From Lama guanicoe (Eukaryota), in the NCBI GenBank assembly GCA_013239625.1, contig MU054032.1, forward strand, positions 744,001 through 783,381: DNA of 39,381 bases. Reading direction: 5' to 3'. The position numbers were made by a program, and so were the translations under genes. Below the pieces are notes generated by a model. It worked only from the letters and a program-made list of their open reading frames with translations. It had not been told where the DNA came from and ran no database searches. Of the stretch, positions 34,801 through 39,381 are shown piece by piece (the first letter of the stretch is position 1; each line of letters begins with the position of its first letter).

Positions 34801-35870
34801 GGAATGAGATTGCACGGGGGCCGCGTGAGTTCTAGGAGCTGGGGTGGGAGGGCCTTACCAGGGTGAGGTTACGAGGGTGAGTATACACAGCCGGGGGCAC
34901 GCACCAGGGTTGGGTGGGCTCCTGGGGTGTGAGCATGTGGGAGTACAGGGAGGTGCCATGCATGTCTTCTGGGGGCATGAGTGTGTAGACAGTCGTGCAA
35001 GGAGGTGCCGTGCAGTCTGAGCATGTAGGAGTCTTGGGCAGTCCTGAGTGTGAGCAGTCCTGAGCGTGAGTGTGCAAGGGGCGCATTTCCATCTTGGTGT
35101 GGAAGGGCCAGCATGTTCATGATTTAGGGAGGGGCCAGGCCATTTTATTCACAGATGGGAGGGCCCAGCCCGAGGTGGGTGCTCCCAGCGCATGAGCACA
35201 CAGGCTTGAGAGGAATTATTCCGGAGCTTCCACGGGTCTCGGAAGCCATGTTTTCCCTCCAATCTCGTTTGTGTTCCTGGGGATGCTACTGGGCCTCTTA
35301 AAAGCTTGGGGGGGTGTGGGAACCTTTGGGGTCAGCGGTCCTGATGTTCTACCTTCAAGCCCCTCTTTCAGGTGCCAAGGGAGATGTCCTTGGTCCTGCA
35401 CCTCAGGCTCCCTCCTGGTCTTTCTCTTGCTGTGAATGAGGACCTGGGGACCCAGCATGGATGGTGGCCCTCGTTGGGGCTGCTTGCTGCGCTGGCTGCC
35501 GCCCAGCCTGTCTCCTTCCTGCTGCCGTTGGTCCTTTCTGTCCCAGGGACGGTGGGGGCAGGCAGCTGGCTGTGCTGAGCATCTGCCCCAGGGACCTCAG
35601 CCCCGCAGGCTCCTCACGTCTGGCCTGGTGTCCTTCCAGATGGGATTCTTCAAGCGAGCGCGGTACCCCGAAGCTGCCGTGCCCCAGTACCACGCGGTGA
35701 AGATCCCGCGGGAAGACCGGCAGCAGTTCAAGGAGGAGAAGACGGGCACGATCCTGAGGAACAACTGGGGCAGCCCCCGGCGGGAGGGCCCCGACGCGCA
35801 CCCCATCCTGGCTGGGGATGGGCAGCCCGAGCTGGGCCCCGATGGCCACCCTGTGCCAAGCACTGCCTAG
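17349..35870 (+). CDS. ITGA7: Integrin alpha-7 (laminin receptor), 27 coding exons including alternative X1/X2 and A
   Basis: Exons 17349(or 17367)-17572, 21859-21986, 22085-22164, 23220-23475, X1 23966-24097, X2 24374-24493, 25337-25544, 25675-25868, 26227-26315, 26434-26561, 26728-26823, 26983-27044, 27165-27334, 27759-27908, 28525-28640, 29181-29373, 29456-29536, 29643-29722, 29862-29936, 30071-30173, 30683-30859, 31020-31151, 32961-33074, 33283-33381, 33470-33595, A 34588-34700, B 35640-35870. X2B from 17367 is 3414 nt (1137 aa). Mature N-terminus FNLDV, FG-GAP repeats with DxD/NxDG loops, RRRRE cleavage site, TM helix, GFFKR. Confidence 0.97.
19170..19355 (+). mobile_element. MIR remnant, ITGA7 intron 1
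   Basis: tttccatcaactgtaaaatggagatgaacaatagtac...atagagttgt...aaaatgct MIR core. Confidence 0.6.
20212..20490 (+). mobile_element. MIR with a short antisense L1 3' tail (about 20409-20463) inserted at its end
   Basis: MIR 5' (ggagttaggcagatgtaggtttgaattc) and core (cataggattgttgtgaaggttaaatgag); insert tttttttaatcgaagtatagtcagtttacaatgtcgtgtcaatttctggt flanked by direct repeat cagtagaga (20396-20404, 20464-20472). Confidence 0.75.
20495..20625 (+). mobile_element. Tandem L2 3'-end remnants
   Basis: gcatctagc...tagtaggtgct...aaatatt and cagtgcctgacacaggg...ctcaataaatagttgtgaatgagtg resemble L2 termini. Confidence 0.55.
22317..22342. repeat. (TG)13 microsatellite
   Basis: Uninterrupted TG run read directly. 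Confidence 0.9.
22410..22860 (-). mobile_element. Degraded L2 fragments in ITGA7 intron 3
   Basis: ataagacacagtccctgtcct, ctcattcatccactcattt...tgtgctagttgctga, gtgatttgagccaggatttcaagaata resemble antisense L2. Confidence 0.5.
23966..24097 (+). CDS. ITGA7: ITGA7 alternative exon X1 (44 codons)
   Basis: tgcag|GC...TTTG|gtagg; encodes [43 protein letters not shown]; branch-like cactaac at 23943-23949. Confidence 0.93.
24374..24493 (+). CDS. ITGA7: ITGA7 alternative exon X2 (40 codons)
   Basis: cgcag|GG...TTAG|gtttg; encodes [39 protein letters not shown]. Confidence 0.93.
25990..26112 (+). mobile_element. MIR remnant
   Basis: gcagctttgtgaccttgggcaggt...tctgagc...atctgca...cttagtagccgctcag. 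Confidence 0.5.
28834..28863. repeat. Interrupted (TA)n microsatellite
   Basis: TA run with one internal C, read directly. Confidence 0.9.
28880..29060 (-). mobile_element. MIR SINE
   Basis: tcttcacgaccctgtgagatagg...cccactttataaatggaaaatggaggcctagagaggttaggttacttgcccaaggtca reverse MIR core. Confidence 0.8.
32385..32606 (+). mobile_element. MIR SINE
   Basis: gacctgggttcaaatatctgctccacc...tagctgtgtgacctg...tagtagatgctcagtaaatg. Confidence 0.7.
34588..34700 (+). CDS. ITGA7: ITGA7 cassette exon for the alpha7A cytoplasmic tail (113 nt, frameshifting)
   Basis: cccag|TGT...GG|gtaat; [38 protein letters not shown], continuing in the last exon to TGA at 35698-35700. Confidence 0.92.
35640..35870 (+). 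CDS. ITGA7: ITGA7 last exon, alpha7B cytoplasmic tail
   Basis: ttccag|[41 protein letters not shown]...PVPSTA-stop. Confidence 0.95.
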   Translation: MGFFKRARYPEAAVPQYHAVKIPREDRQQFKEEKTGTILRNNWGSPRREGPDAHPILAGDGQPELGPDGHPVPSTA

Positions 35871-36319
35871 CCTCCTTTGTCCCAGCTGGCCCGGGGGCCC
35901 CCGCCACCCCTTTCCCAGAGACGGCTCCTGGGGGTGAAGAGGGGGGACCCGGTCGCTGGTGTCCCATCAGGATTTGGCAGGATCTGCTTCCTCAGGGCAC
36001 AGACCTCTCCCCCCATGAGGACCACCCCCCAAACTTCCCCTTAGGATGCTGTTAGGTGAGAGGGGAAATCAGGGGTGGGTCATGGGGGAGGGTGAGGAGG
36101 GCAGCGATGTTTTTATGCAAAAGTGGGGAGAGGGGACCCTAATCCTTCCCTCTCCTATTCACCCTGTATAACGGAACCCCAAGGACCTGTCTCCCCAAAA
36201 GTGCCTTAAGCCCAGAGGGTGGGGAGGAGGTTATGTCACTGACTCAGGGGCTCTTCCCTCCCTAGCTTCCCCTCTCCTCTGACCTTAGTTGGCTGATCCA
36301 ATCTAGCAGATTTTGTCTA

Positions 36320-36328
36320 TTTATTAAA
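36320..36328. terminator. Overlapping bidirectional poly(A) signals: ATTAAA (+, 36323-36328, ITGA7) and AATAAA (-, 36320-36325, METTL7B)
   Basis: TTTATTAAA; the first canonical hexamer I could find downstream of each gene's stop codon. Confidence 0.8.
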
Positions 36329-36808
36329 AAATACTTGAGGACAAAACTTGGCTCCTTTACTGAGTCCGGCCGCCTCCTGCCCAGGGTCTGCAGGAGAAGG
36401 CAGATTTTCTCTGCACACACACAGCTCAGGACAAAGGCGGTGACGGGAGGGAGTGCTGGGGGCCTGGCACAGACACACGTATCATGACTTGTGTGACCAG
36501 GTCCTGGGGCACTTGAGTGTGGTCTCAGAAAGAGGAAAGGGCAGCTGTCCTGGGGTGGGTGGGCAAAAACTGGGAGACCCAGTCCAGGAATTTGCAGCTA
36601 GGGGTACGGCAGGGTGTAAGTGCTCCCTCCCCGCGGTCAGGGGAGCAATAGCGCTTTTCCACTGAAGAAGGAAGGGTTGGAGATTCCCCTGGCAGAGGTG
36701 GGGGTAAGGGTGGGGGGATGGCTTCTCTCTGCCCAGATCCTCTCAGGAGAAGGCAGACTCAGCAGATGGGTGGGATCATTCCGACCGCAGGCAGGATTTG
36801 GGGAAGGC

Positions 36809-38597
36809 TTACTTCACGGCCTTCCCCATGATGTGCGGCCCAACAGGCAACCACTTTAAGGGAGGGGGCTGTCGTTCCATTTGGAGTTCAGAGAACTGGG
36901 CACTTTCCAGATCTTTCCAGGTCTCTCTGGTGAGGCGGCAGCCATCCCCGATGTGCTTCCAGGTGGGCTCGGCAACTTGCTGCCACAGGAAGGCCCAGCT
37001 CCCACGCGGCTCAGCCACGTGCTCCCAGAAAAAGAACAATCCTCCCTGGGAGAGAAGAGCGTGTCACTCACCTGCTCCTCCCGCCGCCTGCCTCTAACCT
37101 CACCTCTGTCCCGCCGGCCACGCCTGCCCGAAACCTCTTGGTGAAGAGGGACGTGCTGGTCTTCAAGTTCGGGGAGCAAACCGTCCTGCTCCGTGACGCC
37201 TCCTGCGCCCCGGCTCCGGCTGCCCGCCCAGAGCATGTGACGAGCCTCCCGTGACTGAGTGGGGACGACTGGTGAGACATTCTCAAAGGGCAGTCAGAAG
37301 GACAGCATAACCGAGGGCAGACAGACGGGCAGGCGGAGAACCAGGAGCATAGGTTTCGCTGGATACAGAGATGCTCGCCCAGAGCCCCCTCCCGAGAGCC
37401 AGACACATGTGTCCTGGACATCTCAGCCAGCATTTCAGAGAAAACTTGCACTGGGCTTCTGATTAAACTGGGCTTCCTCCAGCTCTTCGCTCCTCGCTGT
37501 GCCTTCCCTAGGTGATCTCATACACCTCTGTGCTTGGAATTTACCAGCTAAAGCTGGTGACTTCCAAATCTGTATCTCCAGGCTCCCTCTTTTTCTGACT
37601 TCCAGATCTGGACTTCCAACTGCCTCTGGGTTCTCTCTGCCGCCATGTCACCTCAGACCTAAAGAGTTCAAAACAGGTTTCTCCTGTCTTGCAAAAGGCA
37701 TTTCCCTCTACCGTCCCTCACTCCATCAGCTGCTCATGCCAAAAACCTGGAAACTGTCCTAAACTCCTTTCTCTCCACACCCAGTTCCCAATCTTACTGG
37801 GATTCTACTGCCTCTATTAGCTCTACCTGGAACACTGTCAGTTGCCCCACTCCCTCCAGCCCCTGCTCAATCCCTCGGATCTCAACGTAAGCATTCCATC
37901 CTTAGGTGTCCTCCCCTCTTCCCCGACTTCACTGGGTGGCTCCCTTGTGGGCTTCCTCATCCAGCCCTGGTCATGTTTCCTGCTCACCAGCAGATGGGGG
38001 CGGACGGGTGTGAGATGCACTAGTTCACAGGATTCCCCCTCCTGGGCGGCCGGTGCTAAGTTTGCTGCCCCGCACCCATACCCTTCCCCCTCTGCTCACC
38101 GGCCTCAGCACTCTCTGGACCTCCTGCAGGACCTTCCTCGGGCTCTGCACTGAGCAGAGCACCAAGGTGCAGACCACCACGTCCATGGAGCCATCGGCCA
38201 GCTGCTTCATGTCCTCTCCGAAAGCCACCACAAACCGTTCATATTCGAGATGTCTATTCTCGGCCATACTTTTTGTTAGGAACTTCTCAAAGTTGGGGTT
38301 CGGGTCCAGGCAGGTGATCCTGCAGCCAGATGGGTAGAACTGGAAGTTGGCACCAGTGCCGCAGCCCAGCTCCAGCAGGGCCACCTTGCCCGAGGCCCCC
38401 GCAAGCCCCTTTATCTGGCTGAAGAGCTCCCGCTTCTTGCCCTCCATCTTGCGGTTGGTCTTGGCCGCCAGCACGGCCATCAGGTAGGGGAAATAGCTTT
38501 TGCACAGGGGCTCCCAGAAGCCCAGCAGAGCCATGATGTGCAGGGGCAGGGTCAGGAGCAGCACCAGCAGCTGCAGGAGCCGGACCAGGGCGTCCAT
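36809..38597 (-). CDS. METTL7B: Thiol S-methyltransferase METTL7B/TMT1B, 244 aa, 2 exons
   Basis: Exons 38597-38100 (498 nt, CCG|gtgagc) and 37045-36809 (cccag|GGA). Hydrophobic N-terminus, SAM motif LELGCGTGAN, ends PHIMGKAVK. Confidence 0.97.
37505..37840 (+). mobile_element. L2 LINE ORF2 (reverse transcriptase) remnant in METTL7B intron
   Basis: ctaggtgatctcat...gctggtgacttccaaatctgtatctccag...tccaactgcct...tgctcatgccaaaaacctgg follows the recalled L2 consensus; translates LGDLI...KAGDFQICIS (decayed YADD region). Confidence 0.75.
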
Positions 38598-39381
38598 GGC
38601 AGCCCGGCTCGGAGCAGTGCTTCCCTGGGGCCCGGTCTTCCCGCTCTGCCCGGCCGCTGCAGACGCGCGTCTCTTTTTGCCCGGCGGTAGGACTTTGCTC
38701 CCTGTCTCCTACTTGGCAGTTTCCTCCTCGCCGGGTGGAGTGGATCTGTGAAATCCCTCCAGAGGGCACAGGTCCCAAGCCCCCACAAGCTCTTCAGCAG
38801 ATTTTACGGGAGGCGAAGGAACAGGTGGCGCCAGTGTGTCCTGAGATCGGGGCGCTCTGCCCACTTGAAGAGGATGGTGTGTGCTGAGCATCTCAGAAGG
38901 GAGAGAAGGGGGAGGGGGATATGTCTCTGATCACAGTTTGCGGGGGTCAAGTGCCCAGGCAGAGCTGACACAAGCCAGCCCGCCCTGGCCTGATTCCATC
39001 CTCAGGTTCTGCTCGGTTTATGCAAGCTGGAAGTTCTGGTTGGGTGCCACTGGCACACCCCCAGGGCTTTGTAAACGGTAACCTGCCTCTGCCCCAGATA
39101 CAAGCCAAACACAGAGAAGAATGTGTCTTAACCAGGGAGTGGGGGTGGGAGTGATGGGGGTGGGAAGGGTAGGGGTGTGGGGGTGGGGGGTTGTCACAGG
39201 ACTTTTCTGCTGGGCAGCGGCACAGGGGCCACTCAGGCTCCAGTGGCACAGTGCAGGAGATGCCTTCCTGAAATAGTTCATCCCCGCCTGACTCAGGGTT
39301 TGTCCCCAGACCTCTTCTCTGAGGCCCCCAATGGCCGGGATGGTGACATCAGTGGGTTTGACCGGTAGGACAGAGGCAGTG

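Noticed and set aside
37499..37762. 87-aa ORF with faint reverse-transcriptase similarity
   Set aside because: Decayed L2 ORF2; the catalytic YADD reads KAGD, so it is not a functional or domesticated gene on this evidence.

Overview
Mammalian genomic DNA, not prokaryotic, syntenic with human 12q13.2. Gene order: CD63 (+), RDH5 (-), BLOC1S1 (-), ITGA7 (+), METTL7B/TMT1B (-). I assembled all five coding sequences by hand from GT-AG exons. They are intact: 237, 318, 125, 1137 (ITGA7 X2B from the second ATG; +6 aa from the first) and 244 aa. Introns carry old MIR, L2, L1M and hAT (MER5/MER58-like) remnants. I saw no Alu, B1, Bov-A or PRE-1 SINEs; together with the 237-aa CD63 and one short L1 tail, this points to a cetartiodactyl, possibly a camelid (inference). 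I found no wholly new gene system. The most notable signals are RNA-level or regulatory: an 18-nt tandem duplication of the ITGA7 start codon; a distant branch point with a 249-nt AG-free tract between ITGA7 exons X1 and X2; one 9-nt element that can serve as poly(A) signal for both ITGA7 and METTL7B; the IRE1/RIDD hairpin in BLOC1S1; a possible in-frame BLOC1S1-RDH5 read-through fusion; an RBFOX motif cluster after ITGA7 exon A; and paired CTCF motifs between CD63 and RDH5. Comparisons with human proteins and repeat consensuses are from memory and need database confirmation.
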